NCBI GenBank assembly: GCA_016861265.1
Contig: BOLA01000001.1
Location: forward strand, 523,569 to 587,568
From: Patescibacteria group bacterium
GTDB taxonomy: Bacteria; Patescibacteriota; Dojkabacteria; J137
Direction of reading: 5' to 3'
Length of the DNA stretch: 64,000 bases
Shown here in pieces: positions 48,384 to 58,014 of this stretch. Both the position numbers and the translations under genes were made by a program. Position 1 is the first letter of the stretch; every line of letters starts with the position of its first letter. The notes under the pieces were generated by a model. The model saw only the letters and a program-made list of their open reading frames with translations, ran no database searches and was not told where the DNA came from.

Positions 48384-49835
48384 TTGATTGTTAATAATAT
48401 GCTCACAAAGTCTGATTTCCTAATTTATCTTGATGCCCCAAGGCATTTGTGGGCAGTTAAGCACGGCAAGGTTGTAGAAAATGAACTAAATGCGTATGTT
48501 AAACATTTATTTGAGCAAGGATATGAAGTAGAAAAATTAGCAGAGGAATACATTCAAGAATGTTTAATTCCCCAATATAAGGCTCATCAATCTGATGTAT
48601 TAATCCAACCTACATATATTGACGGTGATTTCGAAGCTAGAACTGATGTACTTATAAAAAATCCTTTCACAGAAAAATGGGATATGTTCGAAATCAAAAG
48701 TTCTACGAGTGTAAAGAAAACTCATCAATATGATGCTACATTTCAGGCTCTTATATTTCAGAAAAAGTACGACTTGGGACAAATACACATACTCCATTTA
48801 AATGGAAAATATATACGAGAAGGCGAAATAAACTTATCTAATTTATTTGTTGAAACTAATATTACTGAAAAGGTTGGATCACTTAAAGATGAGGTTAACC
48901 TATTACGTTGTAAAGCACTTGAAGATATAAAGGAAGATAGCTGTACTCATGTACTTGGATGTATCAAACCAAAAGAATGTATATGTTCAGATATATGCCA
49001 TCTAAATCTTCCTGAATATTCAATTTATGATATTAATTATTTAACAGGGAATGAAAAGAAAATAAGGGAGCTAGAAGAAAGAAGTATTATTAATATATTT
49101 GATATCCCTGAGGATTTTAAACTTTCAGAGAAACAACGATTTCAAGTCTCTGTTGCACAAAGTAAACAAGTGGTTATAGATATTGATTCAATTAAATTAG
49201 ACCTTAAAGGAATAGAATATCCACTTCACTTTATAGATTATGAATCTTTTAATCCAGCAGTACCTATATACAATGGATATAAACCATATGACCAAATGTC
49301 TTTTCAGTGGTCTCTACATGTTCAAAAAGAACCTAATGGTGATTTAGAGCATTATGAATTTATCGAACTAGAGAAATGTGATCCAATTCAAAATTTCCTT
49401 TCTGAGTTATCTAAAAAAATTAATCGAAGTGGTTCAATTATTGTTTGGAATAAAACATTTGAAGGTACGCAAAATAAACGTATGGGACAGATCCATCCAG
49501 AATTTGCCTCTTTTTGTGAAGACATGAATACCAGAATGTATGATCTAATGGATATCTTTAAGAATCAATGGTATGCAGATCCTAAATTCAAAGGAAGTTT
49601 TTCTATTAAAAAAGTACTTCCAGTGCTAGTACCAGAGTTAAGTTATGAGGGAATGAGTATCGCAGAGGGGGCTACAGCCATGGCAAGTTGGAATGAAATA
49701 ATATATGGAGAAAGTATTGAAGATGATAAAAAATTAGATACTAAAAACAATTTGCTTAAGTACTGTGAACTTGATACTTTGGCAATGATAAAGATATTCG
49801 CAGTCATTCAGAAAGTTCTAAATTATAACTATTAA
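48384..49835 (+). CDS. DUF2779-like protein with an N-terminal Cas4/RecB-like PD-(D/E)xK nuclease motif
   Basis: N-terminal LTKSDFLIYLDAPRHLW then D-VLIKNP...FEIKSS (D...ExK). The C-terminal half carries the HFIDYESF segment. Confidence 0.45.
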   Translation: MIVNNMLTKSDFLIYLDAPRHLWAVKHGKVVENELNAYVKHLFEQGYEVEKLAEEYIQECLIPQYKAHQSDVLIQPTYIDGDFEARTDVLIKNPFTEKWDMFEIKSSTSVKKTHQYDATFQALIFQKKYDLGQIHILHLNGKYIREGEINLSNLFVETNITEKVGSLKDEVNLLRCKALEDIKEDSCTHVLGCIKPKECICSDICHLNLPEYSIYDINYLTGNEKKIRELEERSIINIFDIPEDFKLSEKQRFQVSVAQSKQVVIDIDSIKLDLKGIEYPLHFIDYESFNPAVPIYNGYKPYDQMSFQWSLHVQKEPNGDLEHYEFIELEKCDPIQNFLSELSKKINRSGSIIVWNKTFEGTQNKRMGQIHPEFASFCEDMNTRMYDLMDIFKNQWYADPKFKGSFSIKKVLPVLVPELSYEGMSIAEGATAMASWNEIIYGESIEDDKKLDTKNNLLKYCELDTLAMIKIFAVIQKVLNYNY

Positions 49836-52800
49836 TCAATCTTCTATCCACTCAGAAGAAGTTCGTTTACCTGAGGAGATGTGTCCAACTACCCTACCAT
49901 TACTTAGTTGAAATATAAGTCCTACCTGTCGAACTCTTAACCCAAGAAGTGATCTAACCTCAAGACATATAGCAAGCTTCTGATCATCTGGAGATAGGAT
50001 AGAACTTTCAATTTTAGAATTTCGATTACTATATTCTTTGGGTAATTGATTCAGTATCGTAGACCATTGTTCAGATTTATCCGTACTACGATTAATTCCG
50101 TCAAGAAGCTGGGTAAGTGGTTCAAGAAAGATTTGCTCTCCAGATGTAAGATATTCAAAATAAATTTGTAAACCTGTTAACTCACAAATTTTCAAATCTT
50201 CAGGATGGCATTTTCTCCCACTCCATGCACATGGTTTAGCTTCAAGAGGTGAACAATAATTCCCTGTTACAGACTTTATAGCTTCTTTCTCCATTAACCT
50301 TGCTCCAGAAAGGCTGCTTGAGACAAAGAATTTCTTAAGGGCCTTTTCCCCTGAAAATACAGATTTCTCAAGTTCATCAGTCAATACTTTTTTGCCAGTA
50401 ATAGAACATTGTTCTAAAATCCCAGGTAGAACTATTTTATTAGTAATTTCACATTTTTCTCCTTCAGAAGGTAGTAATGGTTGTTTTGTTACTGCACAAA
50501 AAATGAATTCGTCTTTATGCCCAGTTTTTCCAGAGAAAATAGAACGTAATTGTTGATCTTTCCTATAAGTTTTTTTTGAAACTTCACTAATAGCCAACTC
50601 GTCTTTTAGAACTTCATCTCCCGTAAATTCACATTTACCAAAAAAACTTTGTTCGGCTTTCTTTCCACTTAATTGAGAAACTTTTAGCAGTGATCTCATA
50701 ACAGGTTTACCTGTAATTTGAGAATAATCAATTTCATCTATTAAGACACGTTTACCAGTAAGTGAACATATTATAGTATTATCAATTGTGGCTTTTCTGG
50801 AACTTATTTCTGATTGAATTAAAAGGTTACGCAATACTTTATTTCCAGTTATTGCATCTGACTCGAGGCAGTCTACAGGTACCTCTTTATTGGTTTTGGT
50901 ACATTTTTCTATTACTGGAACATTTAGAAATTTATTCTGAGATGGAGATAGAGTTATTTCACTAGTATAATTTTCACCACCATCAATATGGTAGTTTACA
51001 AGTATTTTTAATTCTCTGTGAACTGTCCCCTCAACACCTACCATATTGACATTAAGTCTAGGTGTAAAGTCATCATTTAGTCTCTTTCTTTTAATAAGAT
51101 CATCACCTGCACTTTGAATTTCTATTGATTTTCGTTCATTGTAAAATCTACAAAATTCAGATATCCCTTCATCGGCATTTATATTATTAATAATCTTATC
51201 TATTATAATTCCAATCGAACTAGGATCTTCTATAGTATTTGGTATTTTATCTAAGCCGTTTTTAATTTTATTATTATGTTCTATAGAAGAACAATCACTT
51301 TCGATAAGTCGCTCATAGCTATCGCAAGCTACTGTTGAGCGAACCCTAATGAGTGTTTTTCCATCAAAACATCTATATACATCTTTGATATTATAATTTT
51401 TAAAATCACCATTAAAACTATTGACCCATTTTCTTGATATCTCGTCAATCTTTTGTAATATACCATCATCTACATCTGAAACGTTGTGTAATGGGCTACT
51501 AGTTATCTTACCTACAAGACTCTCAAATGAACTTGTTCCTGGAGCATACAAATCACTGTCGGGAGATTTCAAATCTTCATTAAATTGTATTATTTTTATA
51601 TCGCCATCAAGATTACAGCTATATGAATCTATATCAATTTGTGAGATTTTACCCCCCAAGGATTCTAGTCCTAGTAGAGAAACCTCTTTCGCACTCAAAG
51701 ACTTAATTTGTTTAGGTAAATTAGGACATAATGGTCCCATATCTGAACTATCCATTGCACCGAGAAGTGTATTAATAACTTTTTGTTGAGCTTCTAATTC
51801 AACTTTTGCATTAGATATACTTTCCTCGGTCATTCGAGTTGCTTCTTCTATATCTTTTCCTGCTAGCGATGCGATAACAAGTTTACGGATCTGTTCTTCA
51901 AATCCATCTGAGACTTCGTCTTCATTTTCACTTAAACCAGAACCTTCTAATAACGATTCGATATCTCCAATGGCGTGAGCAGCCATCTGTAATTTTTCCA
52001 TTAATCGACCTACAATTTTTTCTTCAAAGGTATCTTTCAAGACTATATTAAAAATGCTTACATTCTTGTGCTCAGAGGCTAATCTTTGAATACGACCTAT
52101 TCGTTGCTCAACAATCATAGGATTCCACGGCAGATCATAATTAATTAGTACATTTGCCGATTGTAAATTTACCCCTTCTGAACCTGCTTCTGTAGATATA
52201 ATCACGTTAATTTCTGGATTGGACTTCTTAAATCTGGCTATCGTATCTTGGTTTCTTTGTCCTGAATCGCCGTTTATGAGTCCACATTTTATACCTAGTT
52301 TTTCTAGAAAGATTTGAATTGAGGTCTGTGTTTCTCTACGTCCTGTAAATATGACCAATCTCCATGCATCAGGTTTCTCGGAACGCAATCTCTCTACCAA
52401 GATATTTAACCCATTTAACTTTGCCGTCACCCCAACCCGTTTAACTACTTCTTGAACATCTATGGCTAGTGATTCAGGAATTGTCTGCCTTCTTGCCATG
52501 TTATTAAGTTGTGCAGATAATGCTTCGGGGCTACTTATAAGAGCTTGGAGAATAGATATTTGAGCTAATGGGTTGAGTTTTTGAATTGGTTCTGCAATTG
52601 TATTAATTAATTCTAGCTCCTCTTTAGATGGAATAACTCGATGGAGTTGCACTATCCTTTCTGGAAAATCAAGTTTTGCATCGATTCTCCTTACACGAGA
52701 CATATACCCATAAACAATTGAACGAAATTCCTCAGCTTTTTCTGGTTTTAAGTGACGAGCATCTGAACGATTATCAGCAATAAAATTTCTTGCGAATAAT

Positions 52801-53528
52801 CCTTCACTTCCAAGAGGATTTTCATGACCTCTAGCCACTGTTAACAAGTCAATGAGTGAGTATAAATCCCAAAGTCTATTGTGAATTGGAGTTGCGGTAA
52901 GCATCAATACATATTTAAATACTCTGTCCGATAAGGCTTGATGAAAACGTTTGGCAACTTGAGGGGTTTTCTCTACACCATATAGATTACGCAATTTGTG
53001 AGCTTCATCTAAAATCAACATTTCAAAACCTAATGTTGATAAGATGTCGAAATATATACGTGCGGATTGATATGTTGTAATTACTGCAACGGAAGAGTCA
53101 TCTGGAAAATTTAATTCTGTTAATTTCTTACCAATTGCTTCAATAGCTGTTATCTTAAATTTTAAATCTAGTTCTTCACGCCACTGAGGCATTAATATTT
53201 TGGGACAAACAATCAGTATCTTTGACACCCGATTACGGGATATAAGTTCGCTTATTATTAATCCGGCACTTATAGTTTTTCCTAACCCAACGTCATCAGC
53301 TAACAATGTAACAGGTAATCTCCTACAAAATGTGATTAAATTGGATACTTGATGTTGATATGGTTCAACATGATCTTTCCATTTATATTCTGACTTTATA
53401 TCACTTCTATCTTTTATTATAATTGGATCAATTAAATCCCATTCGAGTGCAGATTTATACAGATCATATTCTTCTTTATCTTTGGATTTTGAAAGTGCTT
53501 TAGTTTGAATGATAGAAGATGTATCCAT
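49836..53528 (-). CDS. SNF2-family (SWI2/SNF2) helicase/translocase with a roughly 650-aa C-terminal extension carrying tandem C-x2-TG-x2-VL repeats
   Basis: SNF2_N LADDVGLGKTISAG, DEAH box LILDEAHKLRN, helicase-C motifs (ISTEAGSEGVNLQ, QRIGRIQR). C-terminal repeats such as CSLTGKRVLIDEI, CEFTGDEVLKDEL, CEITNKIVLPGIL, CSITGKKVLTDEL. 1230 aa. Confidence 0.85.
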   Translation of the reverse strand: MDTSSIIQTKALSKSKDKEEYDLYKSALEWDLIDPIIIKDRSDIKSEYKWKDHVEPYQHQVSNLITFCRRLPVTLLADDVGLGKTISAGLIISELISRNRVSKILIVCPKILMPQWREELDLKFKITAIEAIGKKLTELNFPDDSSVAVITTYQSARIYFDILSTLGFEMLILDEAHKLRNLYGVEKTPQVAKRFHQALSDRVFKYVLMLTATPIHNRLWDLYSLIDLLTVARGHENPLGSEGLFARNFIADNRSDARHLKPEKAEEFRSIVYGYMSRVRRIDAKLDFPERIVQLHRVIPSKEELELINTIAEPIQKLNPLAQISILQALISSPEALSAQLNNMARRQTIPESLAIDVQEVVKRVGVTAKLNGLNILVERLRSEKPDAWRLVIFTGRRETQTSIQIFLEKLGIKCGLINGDSGQRNQDTIARFKKSNPEINVIISTEAGSEGVNLQSANVLINYDLPWNPMIVEQRIGRIQRLASEHKNVSIFNIVLKDTFEEKIVGRLMEKLQMAAHAIGDIESLLEGSGLSENEDEVSDGFEEQIRKLVIASLAGKDIEEATRMTEESISNAKVELEAQQKVINTLLGAMDSSDMGPLCPNLPKQIKSLSAKEVSLLGLESLGGKISQIDIDSYSCNLDGDIKIIQFNEDLKSPDSDLYAPGTSSFESLVGKITSSPLHNVSDVDDGILQKIDEISRKWVNSFNGDFKNYNIKDVYRCFDGKTLIRVRSTVACDSYERLIESDCSSIEHNNKIKNGLDKIPNTIEDPSSIGIIIDKIINNINADEGISEFCRFYNERKSIEIQSAGDDLIKRKRLNDDFTPRLNVNMVGVEGTVHRELKILVNYHIDGGENYTSEITLSPSQNKFLNVPVIEKCTKTNKEVPVDCLESDAITGNKVLRNLLIQSEISSRKATIDNTIICSLTGKRVLIDEIDYSQITGKPVMRSLLKVSQLSGKKAEQSFFGKCEFTGDEVLKDELAISEVSKKTYRKDQQLRSIFSGKTGHKDEFIFCAVTKQPLLPSEGEKCEITNKIVLPGILEQCSITGKKVLTDELEKSVFSGEKALKKFFVSSSLSGARLMEKEAIKSVTGNYCSPLEAKPCAWSGRKCHPEDLKICELTGLQIYFEYLTSGEQIFLEPLTQLLDGINRSTDKSEQWSTILNQLPKEYSNRNSKIESSILSPDDQKLAICLEVRSLLGLRVRQVGLIFQLSNGRVVGHISSGKRTSSEWIED

Positions 53529-53566
53529 ACTTTATTTTGATTTTATGGTTATCATTGGTAATTAAG

Positions 53567-54559
53567 TTAATGTGTACGCTGCATAATTAATTCTTCTTTC
53601 ACTTTTTGATGAGCTGTTGTTAGCATTTCTTTGACACCATTTTTAAACTTCGTATTTTCAAGTATCTGAGGTACCTTTACATTTCTTACAGTATCAGGAA
53701 GAGACAAATTTGCAAAGGCATTGGTTGGTCTATACTTGAAGTCTTTAAGATTAAAAACAGTCATTATCTTTCCATATTGAGCCTCAAAATCATTTATTAA
53801 TTCTTGAAGTTTTGATCTGAATAAATCTGGATGTAATTTTATGTATCTTTTATTTGTAAATCCAACCACTGAAGCTATATTAATCATATCATCCGCGGAT
53901 AATGTCGTGCCTTCTAGGATTCTTAGAGCTAATGCTTCGTCAATCTCCTCTTCTAATATAAATGGAGCTCTTTTTATTATATCGACTCTTTTTCTAGCAA
54001 TACTTGCGATAATTAAGGACCTTATTGCATATGAACGAAAAGATGCTTTTGAATGGTATTGTAGAAGTCGAATAATTTCATCCACAGCTTTATCATAATC
54101 TCCAACAAGTAAGTGTCTTTCTAATCCATAAAAATATAAAAATACATAGCTTAAATTAGTTTCTTGAGTGACATCTCTCAACCAGTTTAGATATTGATAG
54201 CGAGTCTCAGGATAAAATTTACTATAAGAAGGGTAATACATAGGATCTTTATATAAATCATTATTTGGTTTGATTGGAAGCTTTGTCCAAATCAAACTTG
54301 GTTCAGCGTAAAATCCATTTTCATTTTCCTTAAGTTCGGGACCGTTCTCAGTAAGAGTTATCGTTATGCTCATAGAGCCAGCAATTTCTATCTTAGATGT
54401 ATCTTCATCAGTTATCCATAATAAAGAAAGGGTGGGTTCAGGTATTCTTAATGAATCTCTAATATTATTATTTGTAGATCTACTGACACTAATAATCTTA
54501 TTATCAATATTTGGATTATTATTAGTTTTCTTAAATAGAGATCCAAGTAAATTGAACAT
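53567..54559 (-). CDS. hypothetical protein co-transcribed with the SNF2 helicase (possibly TerB-N-like, unverified)
   Basis: 330-aa ORF ending 38 nt upstream of the SNF2 start. Contains a conserved-looking YQYLNWLRDV...YFYGLERHLL segment. Confidence 0.45.
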   Translation of the reverse strand: MFNLLGSLFKKTNNNPNIDNKIISVSRSTNNNIRDSLRIPEPTLSLLWITDEDTSKIEIAGSMSITITLTENGPELKENENGFYAEPSLIWTKLPIKPNNDLYKDPMYYPSYSKFYPETRYQYLNWLRDVTQETNLSYVFLYFYGLERHLLVGDYDKAVDEIIRLLQYHSKASFRSYAIRSLIIASIARKRVDIIKRAPFILEEEIDEALALRILEGTTLSADDMINIASVVGFTNKRYIKLHPDLFRSKLQELINDFEAQYGKIMTVFNLKDFKYRPTNAFANLSLPDTVRNVKVPQILENTKFKNGVKEMLTTAHQKVKEELIMQRTH

Positions 54560-54677
54560 AATATTCTTAAATGATTAACTTTTTAATTTAATAATATAGA
54601 GATTTTACTACTTTTCTCTTGCATTTTATATTGAGATATACTTAGCCTTCCTCACAAATTTGTATTATAATCATGGC

Positions 54678-54848
54678 ATAAGAGACCTAACCTCATATGG
54701 ATTTTTCTATGTGAGCATGGTTTCTAAACAAAATCGTACGACACGTAAAAACGGCTTCTCAGCCGGTATCGTGTCGTACGTCTACAAGGGGGAACTCTTG
54801 TAGGGCAGCCCGAAAGGGTGTAGCCACTGGTCTGAGAAGTCGTTTTTT
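54678..54848 (+). ncRNA. candidate structured RNA or regulatory element (GC-rich, nested hairpins, pseudoknot-capable)
   Basis: -10 TATAAT at 54666-54671; perfect 11-bp inverted repeat CGTACGACACG (54735-54745) / CGTGTCGTACG (54770-54780) enclosing the hairpin CGGCTTCTCAGCCGG; GNRA-capped hairpin GGCAGCCC-GAAA-GGGUGUAGCC (54804-54825); segment ACTGGTCTGAGAAG (54826-54840) complementary to CTTCTCAGCCGGT; then a T6 run. Confidence 0.35.
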
Positions 54849-54965
54849 GCTATTAAGCCTCAAACACTTTCCAAATCAGCACGTAAATTAATTTTTAATA
54901 CTAATTGCCTATGACAATAAGCTTATAAGTACAGCTAGCTTACTTTTATTTTTTATTATTTTTAT

Positions 54966-55478
54966 ATGGCTCAAGATCAAAATAGTACTATAGGAACAGC
55001 AAAAAAATCCTTTATTAAAGGAATTAGTGGAACTGTAGGAATAATAGGAGGATTGTTGCTTTGTTGCTTAGTTGTTGCTGTAATGGTTGCTATGTCACAA
55101 GGTAGTAAGACACCAACTAATGACTCGTCCAGCAATAGTTCAAACACTAGCTCTAATACACCCAAACATGATCCAGTAAATTTAACTTTTACAGGAAAGG
55201 GTAATAAAGATACAGATAGTTTTACTTTGTATGATGGAACTGCAAAAATGACAGTTACTACATCAGGTGGATCTGTGGGTACATACTCATCAGTAACTTT
55301 GCAAAAAGAAGGCGAGAATATGTTCTTAAATGGACTAACTGGCGAAGATTTAAATATCTCAACTAAGGGTTCAGAAGATGGTCATGGAGATACAACAGTT
55401 AGAGGAATAAAAGAAGGTAAATATTACATTTCTGTTATTTCAGGTGTTGACTGGAGTGTGACTATAACTCAAGAGTAA
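54966..55478 (+). CDS. membrane-anchored Ser/Thr-rich secreted protein, unknown function
   Basis: N-terminal transmembrane helix GIIGGLLLCCLVVAVMVAM, S/N-rich linker, beta-rich C-terminal domain. Confidence 0.5.
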   Translation: MAQDQNSTIGTAKKSFIKGISGTVGIIGGLLLCCLVVAVMVAMSQGSKTPTNDSSSNSSNTSSNTPKHDPVNLTFTGKGNKDTDSFTLYDGTAKMTVTTSGGSVGTYSSVTLQKEGENMFLNGLTGEDLNISTKGSEDGHGDTTVRGIKEGKYYISVISGVDWSVTITQE

Positions 55479-55498
55479 TAATCAAACCACTAAACCTA

Positions 55499-55522
55499 AG
55501 AGACCTCGTGATGAGGTCTCTT
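55499..55522 (+). terminator. rho-independent terminator-like hairpin (agagacctc gtgatg gaggtctct)
   Basis: 9-bp stem followed by a T-rich stretch, immediately after the 54966-55478 CDS. Confidence 0.55.
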
Positions 55523-55533
55523 TCTATATCAAG

Positions 55534-56223
55534 ATGTATAATCTAACTATGACTATTGAAGAACTTAATAAACATATAGAATCACTAACTCTTCCGCATA
55601 AGAAACTTTTAGAAATTTTTCAAAATGTATATAAACCATTTGAAGAGCTATCTGAAATTTTAGGACATCAGGTATATGTAGATCCTACAACATTTGAAAC
55701 ATTAGTTTCTATTTTTCCTACTGAAAAAAGTCTAAAAGTTTCAATCGAAGAGATAACGGCAAATCCAGATATTTACTTTATCTACACAAACCATGTAAAA
55801 CTTCCTCGATATAGAGACTCACACATTATTGTAGATAAACAAACTGCATTTTTAATAAATAAGCTTGATATGACATTTAGACGAAAATTTTACTTAGGAA
55901 TAAAAAAAGTTCCATTCAATAAAAATACTTCAGTACTTAGAATTGAAGACTACACCTTTGAAATAGATAAAGACTCTGACACATATAACCTATGTCTTAT
56001 GCTATTTGGTTCTAAACAATATATTAATCGAATATGGAAATGGAATGATATCTTAGATAAAGTAATGGGACATAGCGATGAAAGAAAAGATGATGTGAAT
56101 GCTTTTAAACTTAAAGTCTATAGATTAAATCTAAGACTATATAAAACTGGGTATAAGAATATAATTTTGTATAAAAATAAAACAGTGCGTGTAAATCCTG
56201 AGTATATCTTCCTCTTCAAATAG
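55534..56223 (+). CDS. hypothetical protein
   Basis: 229-aa ORF. Confidence 0.45.
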   Translation: MYNLTMTIEELNKHIESLTLPHKKLLEIFQNVYKPFEELSEILGHQVYVDPTTFETLVSIFPTEKSLKVSIEEITANPDIYFIYTNHVKLPRYRDSHIIVDKQTAFLINKLDMTFRRKFYLGIKKVPFNKNTSVLRIEDYTFEIDKDSDTYNLCLMLFGSKQYINRIWKWNDILDKVMGHSDERKDDVNAFKLKVYRLNLRLYKTGYKNIILYKNKTVRVNPEYIFLFK

Positions 56224-56287
56224 ACACCGAACCTGACCGAAACCCACTTCATGATGTAATTAGATAATAATTTTTATCTAATTATAT

Positions 56288-57616
56288 ATGGAAGAAAAAC
56301 TTCAAACTGTCTATGTAAATATAGACGATCTTACCAAAGCTGACTACAACCCAAGGAAATGGGATGAAAAAGCACTTTCAGATTTAAAAGAAAGCATAAA
56401 GCGATTCGGCATAGTAGATCCAGCTATAGTAAATTCAGCTGAAAGTAGAAAAAACATAGTGATTGGTGGACATATGCGTATTGAAGCAGCTAAAGCTTTA
56501 GGTCTTAAAGAAATGCCGGTAATTTATCTGGATATTTCAGATATCGAAAAAGAAAAAGAGCTTAATTTAAGACTTAATAAAAATCAAGGTGAGTTTGATT
56601 TCACTCTACTTGCAAATTTCGCAGAAGATCTATTACAAGATGTGGGTTTTAACTCTGAAGAATTAGACTCAATCTTTGATTGGGATGATGACAATCCAGA
56701 AGTTTTTGATTTAAAGAAAGAACTTGAAAAATTAAATATTAAAGAGATTGAAATACAAAAAGGCGATGTTTGGCAACTAGGTGAAAGTAAATTAATGTGT
56801 GGTGATTCTACAATCGAAGAAAATGTTTTGAAACTTATGAATGGTGAAAAAGCAGACATGTGTTTTACTGATCCTCCGTATATTCTGGATTATCTTCATG
56901 GTAAAAAGAAAAATGGCAAACCAGTTGAGGGCTTTGGAGCTAAGAGAAATAGAAAGTATTTAGAAACAGATGAACTTCCTGATAACTTTACAGAATTATG
57001 GATGGGGAACGTATCTAAAATTTCAAAAGATAATTTTCACATCATTGTTTATGAAAATTGGAAAAATATACGAACTATTTGGAATGAAATTGAAAAATAT
57101 TGGAAAGTTAAAAACATGTTAGTTTGGCATCTTCCAAATAGAAATCAGGGATTTGCAGCTAAATATAAGTTCTTTTCAAAGCATGACATTGCAATGGTAG
57201 GTTCAACTGAAAGATCGGAAACTTTTAATTTAAATCCTGAAGATGAGCTTTTACAAAATGAATATGAAACTGCACTTTATGCAATAGCTGGCAAACCTCA
57301 TTGGGAAGGTTATGAAAAAGGTAAAAAAATCCAGCCAACAGATTTTATTGAATATAAAGCTTCAGATGAAAAAAGTTCTGGGCAAGGAATTATATTTGGA
57401 ACAAAACCACTAGAGATTTTAATCCCATATATCAAAGTTTTAACAAAGAGAGATGATTTGATAATTGAACCATTTGGAGGAAGTGGTTCAACTCTTATTG
57501 CTTCAACAAAGATGAAAAGACGATGCTACTTAATGGAAAAGTCACCAGTCTATGCAGAAGTTATTAAAAACAGATGGGAAAAGTTAACTGGTGAGAAAGG
57601 AGTAAAAATATCATGA
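56288..57616 (+). CDS. ParB-like nuclease domain fused to a DNA N6-adenine/N4-cytosine methyltransferase (beta-class)
   Basis: ParBc GGHMRIEAAKALG; methyltransferase motif IV CFTDPPY before motif I EPFGGSGST (beta permutation). A phage-typical fusion. Confidence 0.8.
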   Translation: MEEKLQTVYVNIDDLTKADYNPRKWDEKALSDLKESIKRFGIVDPAIVNSAESRKNIVIGGHMRIEAAKALGLKEMPVIYLDISDIEKEKELNLRLNKNQGEFDFTLLANFAEDLLQDVGFNSEELDSIFDWDDDNPEVFDLKKELEKLNIKEIEIQKGDVWQLGESKLMCGDSTIEENVLKLMNGEKADMCFTDPPYILDYLHGKKKNGKPVEGFGAKRNRKYLETDELPDNFTELWMGNVSKISKDNFHIIVYENWKNIRTIWNEIEKYWKVKNMLVWHLPNRNQGFAAKYKFFSKHDIAMVGSTERSETFNLNPEDELLQNEYETALYAIAGKPHWEGYEKGKKIQPTDFIEYKASDEKSSGQGIIFGTKPLEILIPYIKVLTKRDDLIIEPFGGSGSTLIASTKMKRRCYLMEKSPVYAEVIKNRWEKLTGEKGVKIS

Positions 57617-58014
57617 AGAATAAAAAGAAAGAATTAGTTGAACAACTAAGAAAAACTCCTGTTATTGAAGTTGCCTGTAAAAAGATTGGAATTGGTAGAG
57701 CGACATTCTACAGATGGAAGAAACGAGATCAGAAGTTTGCTGAGGAAGCGGAATTTGCCTTGAATGAAGGTTCTCAGTTAGTTAATGATATGGCTGAAAG
57801 CCAATTAATAACTTCAATTAAAAATGGAAATATGACAGGAATTATATTTTGGCTTAAAAATCACCATAAGCAATATTCTCCAAAACTTGAGGTCACGACA
57901 AAAAGTGCTGATCTTCCGCTAACTGAAGAACAAAAAGAAACGATTAGAAGATCGTTGAGCATGGCATTTAATTTAAATATTAATAATGATGAAAATGAAG
58001 AAGCTACAAATTGA
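57613..58014 (+). CDS. putative terminase small subunit (N-terminal helix-turn-helix)
   Basis: HTH IGIGRATFYRWKK. Small basic protein immediately upstream of and overlapping the terminase large subunit. Confidence 0.45.
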   Translation: MKNKKKELVEQLRKTPVIEVACKKIGIGRATFYRWKKRDQKFAEEAEFALNEGSQLVNDMAESQLITSIKNGNMTGIIFWLKNHHKQYSPKLEVTTKSADLPLTEEQKETIRRSLSMAFNLNINNDENEEATN

